This document shows, piece after piece, positions 55,711 to 64,000 of a stretch of 64,000 nucleotides of DNA. The first letter of the stretch is position 1, and the number at the start of each line of letters is the position of its first letter. Location: sequence record OQ174501.1; one strand, written 5' to 3'. This DNA is from Escherichia phage REP2. The notes under the pieces are model-generated. The model did not search any database. It worked only from the letters and a program-made list of their open reading frames with translations, and had not been told where the DNA came from. The translations under genes were made by a program, and so were the position numbers.

Positions 55711-56196
55711 ATGATTACAGTAGATAAGTGGTTTAGAATTAATCGTGCTGATACAGGGCTGTGTAATTACTGGCCGGAACTTAGTGCAGGTACTGTCTTT
55801 AAAGTTCGTGAACTTGCAAAAGAATGTGAAGATGATATAGAGCCTGATACTGGAATTATTGAAATTGAACTTTCTGATGGAAAGATTATTAACATCTACG
55901 ATAAGCCAATTACGTATTGGTGCTTGTGGAATACTGAATCAGTAGAAAATGGCGAAATTGAAGAAGTTGTAGATAGAACTAATCAAGTTGTTCAGAAGCC
56001 TAAAGCTGATTTTCAAGGTGAACGTATTTCATACGCATTAGCTAAATTAGCTGCACAAGAAAATAACGATGGCTATGAAGGAAATTTGATGCAAGCTGCG
56101 GCAGAATATATTGAATGGCTTGAAACCCAAATTTCTTTTTCTGACCAAAAGATTCGGCAATATAAGCGATTGAATCAAATGTTTTTCAATACTTGA
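55711..56196 (+). CDS. protease inhibitor Pin-like protein
   Basis: 161 aa from ATG with RBS GGAG; adjacent to gene 49 where T4 pin lies; identity by size and synteny only. Confidence 0.5.
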   Translation: MITVDKWFRINRADTGLCNYWPELSAGTVFKVRELAKECEDDIEPDTGIIEIELSDGKIINIYDKPITYWCLWNTESVENGEIEEVVDRTNQVVQKPKADFQGERISYALAKLAAQENNDGYEGNLMQAAAEYIEWLETQISFSDQKIRQYKRLNQMFFNT

Positions 56197-56238
56197 AAAT
56201 AATAAATACCCTTATCTATTTAAGGTAAGGGTTTTATT

Positions 56239-56712
56239 ATGTTATTGACTGGCAAATTATACAAAGAAGAAAAACAAAAATTTTATAATGCACAAAACGG
56301 TAAATGCTTAATTTGCCAACGAGAACTAAATCCTGATGTTCAAGCTAATCATCTTGATCATGACCATGAATTAAATGGACCAAAAGCAGGAAAGGTACGT
56401 GGATTGCTTTGTAATCTCTGCAATGCCACAGAAGGTCAAATGAAACATAAATTTAATCGTTCTGGCTTAAAGGGGCAAGGTGTTGATTATCTTGAATGGT
56501 TAGAAAATTTACTTACTTATTTAAAATCCGATTACACCCAAAATAATATTCACCCTAACTTTGTTGGAGATAAATCAAAGGAATTTTCTCGTTTAGGAAA
56601 AGAGGAAATGATGGCTGAGATGCTTCAAAGAGGATTTGAATATAATGAATCTGACACTAAAACACAATTAATAGCTTCATTTAAGAAGCAGCTTAGAAAG
56701 AGTTTAAAATGA
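56239..56712 (+). CDS. 49: endonuclease VII (Holliday-junction resolvase) gp49
   Basis: 157 aa; Cys-cluster Zn site CLICQ...CNLCN and H-N-H-type residues. Confidence 0.9.
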   Translation: MLLTGKLYKEEKQKFYNAQNGKCLICQRELNPDVQANHLDHDHELNGPKAGKVRGLLCNLCNATEGQMKHKFNRSGLKGQGVDYLEWLENLLTYLKSDYTQNNIHPNFVGDKSKEFSRLGKEEMMAEMLQRGFEYNESDTKTQLIASFKKQLRKSLK

Positions 56713-58526
56713 CAATTGAAAAAGAAATTGAAGGATTGATTCATAAAACTAATAAAGACCTTTTAAACGAGAATGCTAATAAAGATTCTCGTGTTTTTCC
56801 AACTCAACGGGACCTTATGGCTGGTATTGTGTCTAAACACATTGCCAAAAATATGGTCCCGTCTTTTATTATGAAAGCGCATGAAAGCGGAATTATTCAT
56901 TTCCATGATATTGATTATTCCCCTGCTCTTCCATTTACTAATTGCTGTTTAGTAGATTTAAAAGGAATGCTTGAGAACGGATTTAAGCTTGGTAATGCAC
57001 AGATTGAAACTCCTAAATCAATTGGCGTTGCTACTGCAATTATGGCACAAATTACTGCGCAAGTTGCTTCCCATCAATATGGCGGAACGACTTTTGCTAA
57101 TGTAGATAAAGTACTTTCTCCTTATGTTAAACGCACCTATGCAAAACATATTGAGGATGCAGAAAAATGGCAAATCGCTGATGCGTTAAATTATGCTCAA
57201 TCTAAAACAGAAAAAGATGTATACGATGCATTCCAAGCTTATGAATATGAAGTAAATACTCTCTTTAGTTCAAACGGACAAACACCTTTTGTAACAATTA
57301 CATTTGGTACAGGAACTGACTGGACTGAACGAATGATTCAGAAAGCAATTCTGAAAAATCGTATTAAAGGTCTCGGTCGTGATGGGATAACTCCTATTTT
57401 CCCTAAGCTTGTTATGTTCGTTGAAGAAGGTGTTAATCTTTATAAAGACGATCCGAACTATGATATTAAACTGCTTGCTCTAGAGTGCGCAAGCAAAAGA
57501 ATGTATCCTGATATTATTTCAGCTAAGAACAATAAAGCTATCACTGGCTCATCTATTCCTGTTTCTCCAATGGGTTGTCGTAGTTTCTTGAGCGTATGGA
57601 AAGATTCGACTGGCAATGAAATTCTTGATGGACGTAATAATCTCGGTGTTGTAACACTGAATCTTCCTCGTATCGCATTAGATTCTTATATTGGAACACA
57701 GTTCAATGAACAGAAATTTATCGAATTGTTCAATGAACGAATGGATTTATGTTTTGAAGCTTTGATGTGTAGAATTAGTTCCTTAAAAGGAGTTAAAGCG
57801 ACTGTTGCTCCTATTCTTTACCAAGAAGGTGCATTCGGGGTTCGTCTTAAACCTGATGACGACATAATTGAGTTATTTAAAAACGGTAGAAGTTCAGTGT
57901 CTTTAGGATACATTGGTATTCATGAATTGAATATTCTTGTCGGTCGTGATATTGGACAAGAAATTTTAACTAAAATGAATGCTCGTCTTAAACAGTGGAC
58001 TGAAAGAACTGGGTTTGCTTTTAGTTTATATTCGACTCCTGCTGAAAACCTTTGTTATCGCTTCTGTAAACTCGATACAGAAAAATATGGAAGCGTAAAA
58101 GATGTTACTGATAAAGGCTGGTACACTAACAGTTTCCACGTTTCAGTAGAAGAAAATGTTACTCCGTTTGAAAAGATTTCTCGTGAAGCGCCATATCATT
58201 TCATTGCGACAGGTGGTCACATTTCTTATGTTGAACTTCCTGATATGAAAAATAACTTAAAAGGTCTTGAGGCTGTATGGGATTATGCCGCACAACATTT
58301 AGATTATTTTGGTGTTAATATGCCAGTAGATAAATGTTTTACATGTGGAAGTACCCATGAAATGACTCCTACTGAAAACGGATTTGTTTGTTCTATTTGT
58401 GGAGAAACTGATCCTAAAAAGATGAATACAATAAGAAGAACATGTGGTTATTTGGGAAATCCGAACGAGCGCGGATTTAATCTCGGTAAAAATAAAGAAA
58501 TCATGCATAGGGTTAAACACCAATGA
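56709..58526 (+). CDS. nrdD: anaerobic ribonucleotide reductase NrdD
   Basis: 605 aa; C-terminal glycyl-radical motif RRTCGYLG and Zn-ribbon CxxC; uninterrupted. Confidence 0.95.
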   Translation: MTIEKEIEGLIHKTNKDLLNENANKDSRVFPTQRDLMAGIVSKHIAKNMVPSFIMKAHESGIIHFHDIDYSPALPFTNCCLVDLKGMLENGFKLGNAQIETPKSIGVATAIMAQITAQVASHQYGGTTFANVDKVLSPYVKRTYAKHIEDAEKWQIADALNYAQSKTEKDVYDAFQAYEYEVNTLFSSNGQTPFVTITFGTGTDWTERMIQKAILKNRIKGLGRDGITPIFPKLVMFVEEGVNLYKDDPNYDIKLLALECASKRMYPDIISAKNNKAITGSSIPVSPMGCRSFLSVWKDSTGNEILDGRNNLGVVTLNLPRIALDSYIGTQFNEQKFIELFNERMDLCFEALMCRISSLKGVKATVAPILYQEGAFGVRLKPDDDIIELFKNGRSSVSLGYIGIHELNILVGRDIGQEILTKMNARLKQWTERTGFAFSLYSTPAENLCYRFCKLDTEKYGSVKDVTDKGWYTNSFHVSVEENVTPFEKISREAPYHFIATGGHISYVELPDMKNNLKGLEAVWDYAAQHLDYFGVNMPVDKCFTCGSTHEMTPTENGFVCSICGETDPKKMNTIRRTCGYLGNPNERGFNLGKNKEIMHRVKHQ

Positions 58527-58993
58527 ATTACGATAGATTTTATCCCTGTGATTTTGTGAATGGCCCTGGATGCAGGGTCGTTCTTTTCGTTACAGGTTGT
58601 TTGCATAAATGTGAAGGGTGTTATAATAAATCAACATGGAATGCTAGAAATGGTGTTCCATTCACTGGTGAAACACTAGAACAATTAATTGAATGTTTGA
58701 ATAATGATTATATAGAAGGATTGACTATAACCGGAGGTGACCCTCTCTATCCTGATAACAGAGACGTGATTCACTCTGTGGTTCAAACTATTAAAAATCT
58801 TTATCCCAATAAAAGCATTTGGTTGTGGACAGGATATAAGTTTGAAGATATTAAACAACTAGAAATGCTTAAATATGTTGATGTTATTATTGATGGGAAG
58901 TATGAGAAAAATCTTCCGACCAAAAAGCTGTGGCGAGGATCAGATAATCAGCGACTTTGGTCAAATACCGATGGGGTGTGGAAACATGATTAA
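58523..58993 (+). CDS. nrdG: anaerobic RNR activating protein NrdG
   Basis: 156 aa; radical-SAM CLHKCEGC. Confidence 0.9.
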   Translation: MNYDRFYPCDFVNGPGCRVVLFVTGCLHKCEGCYNKSTWNARNGVPFTGETLEQLIECLNNDYIEGLTITGGDPLYPDNRDVIHSVVQTIKNLYPNKSIWLWTGYKFEDIKQLEMLKYVDVIIDGKYEKNLPTKKLWRGSDNQRLWSNTDGVWKHD

Positions 58994-59107
58994 ATTGAAT
59001 TACATTATGGATACTATAAATGATATGATTTTCATTTTGGTCCAGAATTTTATTCGCAATATAGTTTAGTGCTTATCAATGCTTGGTTAATCAATTAAGG
59101 GTAAAAT

Positions 59108-59323
59108 ATGTATAAATTTCGTAAAGGTTTAGCTGATTTTCTTACAACTGTAACATTCTTTCTGTTTATGGCAGTTGGAGCTATTTTCCTTATTCCTTTT
59201 ATTGTTGTATTTTTCGTGATTAGCTTAATTTCTCCAGAAAAAGGCTTATCTTCTAGTGAGTTCAATGAGCGTCTGGATAAAATTACTAACAAGCTGAATG
59301 CTGTTCTTGATAAAAAGGCTTAA
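59108..59323 (+). CDS. small membrane protein
   Basis: 71 aa, one long TM helix. Confidence 0.5.
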   Translation: MYKFRKGLADFLTTVTFFLFMAVGAIFLIPFIVVFFVISLISPEKGLSSSEFNERLDKITNKLNAVLDKKA

Positions 59324-59325
59324 TT

Positions 59326-59637
59326 ATGATTAGTTTTGAGCGGTATGTAGTAGAGAGTTGGAATGGTTTTGATATGTTCGGTAATGACTATTATTTCTAT
59401 GAATGTAGTCTGAACCCAAGCTTCTGGGCTGGACGTGAACAAGACCTCGAAGAAATCAACGCTCGTGCTGATTTGTTAGGTGAACTGCCTACTACTTATT
59501 TCACCTTTGATGAATCCGGCTTCGTTATCCAGGTTTATTTTCCTGAAGAAAACTCTGGTGAGGATTCTGTTAACCCGCCATACTGGGCTTATCAAGGAAT
59601 TATTTCTCGTGGAACAAAACTCGAACTTAAAGAATAA
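59326..59637 (+). CDS. hypothetical protein
   Basis: 103-aa ORF. Confidence 0.5.
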   Translation: MISFERYVVESWNGFDMFGNDYYFYECSLNPSFWAGREQDLEEINARADLLGELPTTYFTFDESGFVIQVYFPEENSGEDSVNPPYWAYQGIISRGTKLELKE

Positions 59638-59932
59638 GATTGAAGTCTATGGAATTCCAGATGAAGTAGGTCGTTGTCCTGGATGTCAATCAGTTACAAA
59701 ACTTCTAAAGGAGCTCAATGCTCCTTTTACTTTCTATAAAGTTCTTACAAATAACGGTAAGATTGAGTATGATCGTCCGCTGATTGTATCTCTTGCTAAA
59801 CGCGCTGGATTCACATCTCTTAACATTCGTTATCCAGTCATTTTCATTAATGATTCTAGACAAAAGAACATTAAACACTTCAAAGAAACTCTCATTTCAC
59901 TTGGATATGATAGAGATATCATAGAAGACTAA
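59609..59932 (+). CDS. glutaredoxin-like protein (nrdH position); start uncertain
   Basis: body KIEVYGIPDEVGRCPGCQ with CPGC motif; no in-frame ATG, GTG at 59609 is the nearest start. Confidence 0.55.
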   Translation: MEQNSNLKNKIEVYGIPDEVGRCPGCQSVTKLLKELNAPFTFYKVLTNNGKIEYDRPLIVSLAKRAGFTSLNIRYPVIFINDSRQKNIKHFKETLISLGYDRDIIED

Positions 59933-59935
59933 GAC

Positions 59936-59956
59936 GGGCCCTCTGGGCCTTTCTTT
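59936..59956 (+). terminator. stem-loop / terminator
   Basis: GGGCC-ctct-GGGCC followed by T-rich run. Confidence 0.5.
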
Positions 59957-60030
59957 CTCACATTCTGTATATTACCATTCTAAGCTATCGTTCCCTTCTT
60001 ATCATTCCCTAAAATAATTTTCACAAAGTT

Positions 60031-60060
60031 GTTTACAAGAAGTTCAAACCGTGGTATTAT
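60031..60060 (+). promoter_or_regulatory. T4-type early promoter
   Basis: TTCACAAAGTTGTTTAC-N18-TGGTATTAT. Confidence 0.7.
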
Positions 60061-60259
60061 TAACATATGAATTACCTTTGAGGAATTGATATGGTTGATA
60101 AAGAGATTAAAATTGACCAGTACTATCGTGTTAACGGACATATCGTTATTGTTACAGCAGTCGATGATTTAGATGTTCATTATACTGTGATTAAATGGAA
60201 CAAACATATGATTTGTGATCGTGCTGTATTTAGTTCAGTTGCTAAGGAAATTAAACTCC

Positions 60260-60553
60260 ATGGGTAAAACGTATCGTCGTAAAGACTTAAAAGTGCGTGA
60301 TTATGACTATTTTGGAAAGCGTAAAGCTCCAGACGGTGTAAGTCATAAAGATATGGTTGAAAACATTTTTCGCTCAGATAAATGGCGTAGAATGAAAGGT
60401 ATTGATTCAGAAGTTAAAGATGAGCTAAATCGCCAATTACGTGGTGAAGTAAGAAAGTTGAAAAAATCAGTTTACATTGACGATGATTTTGATTATAATA
60501 CTTCTCAACTAGTTGCTAAGCGTAAATCAAACGAGTGCTATCGTTACAGCTGA
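60260..60553 (+). CDS. basic hypothetical protein
   Basis: 97 aa from internal ATG; Lys/Arg-rich. Confidence 0.45.
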   Translation: MGKTYRRKDLKVRDYDYFGKRKAPDGVSHKDMVENIFRSDKWRRMKGIDSEVKDELNRQLRGEVRKLKKSVYIDDDFDYNTSQLVAKRKSNECYRYS

Positions 60554-60691
60554 GGAAAATATGAATATCAAACGAATGCTTTTTAAGCAAGGGCTATATA
60601 CTTTAAATGTTACTCCAAAAGGCGATACAACTAAGTGGTCAGTAAATGACGGATTAAATTTATTGATGAAAACGGTAACTGGAAAATTTAA

Positions 60692-60892
60692 ATGAATCCT
60701 GAATCTATGTTATCGCAAAAGCTTCGTGAAGAACGCGCCAAATTTTTCCAGAACATGAAACACAATGGTATTGAGGATGAAGTTTTTCTAAATTGGTTCT
60801 GGAATAATAAGTACACAGCATGCGAAGGAGCTTTGTCATTGTCAGTCGCAATGATGTACGAAGGCTGGAAGGGTGCCAAACAGTTTAGCTAA
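60692..60892 (+). CDS. hypothetical protein
   Basis: 66-aa ORF followed by a terminator. Confidence 0.5.
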   Translation: MNPESMLSQKLREERAKFFQNMKHNGIEDEVFLNWFWNNKYTACEGALSLSVAMMYEGWKGAKQFS

Positions 60893-60910
60893 GGGCTTCG
60901 GCCCTTTTTT
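60893..60910 (+). terminator. rho-independent terminator
   Basis: GGGC-ttcg-GCCC followed by TTTTTT. Confidence 0.7.
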
Positions 60911-60945
60911 GGATAATAAAATTTTAATGCAATTGAGGATAATGT

Positions 60946-61272
60946 ATGACTATTCAAATTAAAAACGCCATCAATTCTTACGCATATGATAAAGTAGTTT
61001 CTTTGCTAGAAAAAGGCGATATTGTAACTCCTCAAATTTTGGATAAATGGGAAAAAGAGCTTCATCAAATGATGAAACAGAATGATCAGAAGATTGGACG
61101 CAATACTGTCCGTGAATTGTTGGTTCAATATATCTTGTCGGAATTTGATGTTAAAGCTTTTGGTGTAGAATCTAAAGCTTATCAAAAGCATGAAATTTCC
61201 GATAAAACTATTCGTCGCATGAAAAATCAACGCAAGAAAAAATTTGCAGACCTGAAAATTACTAAGGTATAA
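60946..61272 (+). CDS. hypothetical protein
   Basis: 108-aa ORF. Confidence 0.5.
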   Translation: MTIQIKNAINSYAYDKVVSLLEKGDIVTPQILDKWEKELHQMMKQNDQKIGRNTVRELLVQYILSEFDVKAFGVESKAYQKHEISDKTIRRMKNQRKKKFADLKITKV

Positions 61273-61274
61273 TT

Positions 61275-61490
61275 ATGAACGAAGCTCTTATTAACGATTT
61301 ACGTCTTGCCGGATATGAAGTAAATACAAATGGCATTGGTTTAACTCAAATTGAAGGAAACGGATTCATCCTTGAGTATGAATTTAGCCAATGGTGGTTA
61401 TACGCTAATTACGGCGAATTGATTGAATACGTTGACCAATTTGATTCACTAGATGCAGCTCTTGAAGCGGCTAAGTTGATGAATGTATGA
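61275..61490 (+). CDS. hypothetical protein
   Basis: 71-aa ORF. Confidence 0.5.
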   Translation: MNEALINDLRLAGYEVNTNGIGLTQIEGNGFILEYEFSQWWLYANYGELIEYVDQFDSLDAALEAAKLMNV

Positions 61491-61756
61491 AATTTAGTAA
61501 TATTTCTATTACTATTGAAAATTATGGCATTTTCTATGTTGACCAATACATGAAAATTTCATTTTTCCCAAATAAGACTGGTGTTGGATATTGGGAAAGC
61601 CATGTTTCTGAATTAAATGAAAGTGAATATGTTAGTACACATGAAAAGTTTTTAGACTTTTTATATCATGCTGATCTAACTAGTCATTATATAGATATTC
61701 ATGAATTTAAAAAGATGATGGAAAAAGTATTCCAAGCATACTGTTTACTTAGATAA
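61487..61756 (+). CDS. hypothetical protein
   Basis: 89-aa ORF. Confidence 0.5.
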   Translation: MKFSNISITIENYGIFYVDQYMKISFFPNKTGVGYWESHVSELNESEYVSTHEKFLDFLYHADLTSHYIDIHEFKKMMEKVFQAYCLLR

Positions 61757-61834
61757 CTGATATCCTCTATGCTTTAAGATAGATCTTCAAATATTATGAT
61801 ATAATAGATCTATGAATTGAGCTAAGAGGTGAAA

Positions 61835-62392
61835 ATGTCAGAAACTAAGCCTAAATATAATTACGTAAACAATAAAGAGCTTTTACAAGCTATTATTGAT
61901 TGGAAAACAGAATTAGCAAATAATAAAGACCCAAATAAAGTAGTTCGTCAGAATGATACTATCGGATTAGCCATTATGCTTATTGCAGAAGGCTTATCTA
62001 AACGTTTCAACTTTTCAGGATACACCCAGTCTTGGAAACAAGAAATGATTGCAGATGGTATAGAAGCTTCTATTAAGGGGCTTCACAATTTTGATGAAAC
62101 GAAATATAAAAACCCACATGCATATATAACTCAAGCTTGTTTTAATGCATTCGTCCAACGTATTAAAAAAGAACGTAAGGAAGTTGCAAAGAAATATAGT
62201 TACTTCGTTCACAATGTCTATGACAGCCGTGACGACGATATGGTTGCGTTAGTAGATGAAACTTTTATTCAAGACATCTATGATAAAATGACGCATTACG
62301 AAGAATCAACTTATAGAACACCGGGGGCTGAAAAGAAAAGTGTTGTAGACGATTCTCCTAGTTTGGATTTTTTATATGAGGCTAACGATTAA
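61835..62392 (+). CDS. 55: late-transcription sigma factor gp55
   Basis: 185 aa from [24 protein letters not shown], matches remembered T4 gp55. Confidence 0.95.
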
Positions 62393-62594
62393 CCTCTCCG
62401 GATTCTTGGAAGAAATACCTGAAGTTGAAGCTATTCCCTATTTACTTAAAATGTATCTCAGGGAAGTTTTAGCTCTTGACATTGATATTGATCCAGAAAA
62501 TCCGTATGATACCGCTTTTAAATCTAATGGTGTAGAATTAAACTATCGGTATCATTTAACAGATGATGATTTTTATTTTATATTAGAGAAATAA
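62376..62594 (+). CDS. hypothetical protein
   Basis: 72-aa ORF overlapping gp55 end. Confidence 0.45.
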
Positions 62595-62595
62595 T

Positions 62596-62913
62596 ATGAC
62601 TGATAAACCCGAAATTAATGATGAAGTGGAAAAGCTTATTTCTTCTATTGAAGAAAAGAACCGTCTTGAAGCAGAAAGAAAAGCAAATAAGTTATTGTCT
62701 AAAAACAAACGCGAACTGAATCGTCTTTATAAGCACGCTCAGATCGCAGCTGAAAATAATAATTTTGCTCAATACGAATATGCTATCAAGAAAAGTCGGG
62801 ATATTCTAAAACAGCCATATAACGATGAACTCATCAGTATTCTTTGGAAGACTACTAGATCGCAAATTGAGGATATGATTGATGCTTACACACGTAAAAT
62901 TCAAGCGTCTTAA
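62596..62913 (+). CDS. hypothetical protein
   Basis: 105-aa ORF. Confidence 0.5.
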   Translation: MTDKPEINDEVEKLISSIEEKNRLEAERKANKLLSKNKRELNRLYKHAQIAAENNNFAQYEYAIKKSRDILKQPYNDELISILWKTTRSQIEDMIDAYTRKIQAS

Positions 62914-63328
62914 AATTAATGCAGGATTTACTGAATCTTTGAATGGTCATCTTTGTGTGAAAATTTCTGAAAAAGAATACCATGATAGTTCAATTAAAGA
63001 AGTTAATCCTCCTATTGTAAGAGCAGACCCTAATATGAAAGTGTGGGTTGATTCTTATCAAGTCAAAAAATGGTGGCAGTTATGAAAGATGAACACCCAG
63101 ACTTCTGAAATAGATTATAATAAAATTCGTTCCTCTAAAGAGGAAATGATGAGACTCTTTAAAGCGTCTCATGATAAAGCTAAAGCAGAAGGAACTATAA
63201 AATATAAGCGCATAAAATTTAAAAGTTCTAATGAGCCTCTGTATGGCGTATTATGTGGATAGGAGCTTCGGCTCCTATATTGCTTTATAAATTTTTGGTA
63301 AAATAAACCAAAACAAAGAGGATATTAA

Positions 63329-64000
63329 ATGAAAGTATGTATTTTTATGGCTCGAGGTCTTGAAGGTTGTGGTGTAACTAAATTTTCTCTTGAGCAACGT
63401 GATTGGTTTATTAAGAATGGTCATGAAGTAACTTTGGTTTATGCTAAAGATAAATCATTTACTCGTAATTGCGCGCATGATTATAAATCATTTTCAATTC
63501 CGGTTTTATTGGCAAAAGAATATGATAAAACACTTAAGCTGGTAAATGATTGTGATATTCTAATTATCAATTCAGTTCCTGCTACTTCGGTTGAAGAAGA
63601 CACTATTAATAACTATAAAAAAATTATTGATAACATTAAACCTTCTGTTCGTGTTGTAGTTTATCAACATGACCATTCTTCTCTTTCTTTGCGCCGAAAT
63701 TTGGGATTAGAAGAAACTGTTCGTCGAGCTGATGTTATTTTTAGCCATTCTGATAATGGTGATTTTAATAAAGTTCTGATGAAAGAATGGTATCCAGAAA
63801 CAGTTTCTCTGTTTGATGATATTGAAGAAGCACCGACCGTATATAACTTTCAGCCTCCGATGGATATTGCGAAGGTTCGATCAACCTACTGGAAAGATGT
63901 TTCTGAAATTAACATGAATATCAACCGTTGGATTGGTCGTACGACTACATGGAAAGGTTTTTATCAGATGTTTGATTTCCATGAAAAACATCTTAAACCT
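63329..64000 (+). CDS. agt: DNA alpha-glucosyltransferase, N-terminal part (runs off window)
   Basis: MKVCIFMARGLEGCGVTKFSLEQRDWFIKNGHEVTLVYAKDK..., matches remembered T4 alpha-gt N-terminus. Confidence 0.9.
   Translation, partial: MKVCIFMARGLEGCGVTKFSLEQRDWFIKNGHEVTLVYAKDKSFTRNCAHDYKSFSIPVLLAKEYDKTLKLVNDCDILIINSVPATSVEEDTINNYKKIIDNIKPSVRVVVYQHDHSSLSLRRNLGLEETVRRADVIFSHSDNGDFNKVLMKEWYPETVSLFDDIEEAPTVYNFQPPMDIAKVRSTYWKDVSEINMNINRWIGRTTTWKGFYQMFDFHEKHLKP

Noticed and set aside
58299-58523. 74-aa minus-strand ORF
   Set aside because: It is antisense to the nrdD 3' end.
63286-63295. Late-promoter-like TATAAATT upstream of a-gt
   Set aside because: One mismatch from the TATAAATA consensus, and a-gt is an early gene; not called.

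Overview
This window is a segment of a T4-like (Tevenvirinae) myovirus genome, very close to phage T4 but not identical to it. Lysozyme e, RegB, DenV, thymidine kinase and portal gp20 are recognisable almost residue-for-residue from memory; the tRNA set, a disrupted nudE and an uninterrupted nrdD differ from what I recall for T4. Positions 1-25,100 hold the late structural and packaging module on the minus strand in canonical T4 order (68'-67-20-19-18-17-16-15-14-13-wac-12-11-10-9-8-7-6-5.4-5.1-5-53), with TATAAATA late promoters and intergenic stem-loops. A divergent late-promoter pair at about 25.1 kb separates gene 53 from the plus-strand block 4-2-3-1-57A-57B. From 28.5 kb onward all genes are on the plus strand: an array of internal-protein-like cassettes, a 10-gene tRNA cluster, then early/middle genes (e, denV, regB, tk, rI, nrdC, pin-like, 49, nrdD, nrdG, 55, start of a-gt) interspersed with many small ORFs, T4-type early promoters (GTTTAC-N18-TGnTAyTAT) and tetraloop terminators. 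The best candidates for undescribed biology are: an expanded accessory block at 44-54 kb containing a nucleotidyltransferase-fold protein next to a P-loop ATPase, a paralogous pair, and a tandem array of four paralogous 295-339 aa proteins with coiled-coil tails; several genes with capsid-targeting-sequence-like N-termini; a GIY-YIG/T5orf172-like ORF inside the tRNA cluster; a macro-domain protein; and a frameshifted nudE. CDS coordinates follow the supplied ORF track, with starts moved to the first plausible ATG with an RBS. RNA, promoter and terminator coordinates were read by eye and may be off by a few nt. No database search was run; all homology statements are from recognisable motifs or remembered T4 biology.
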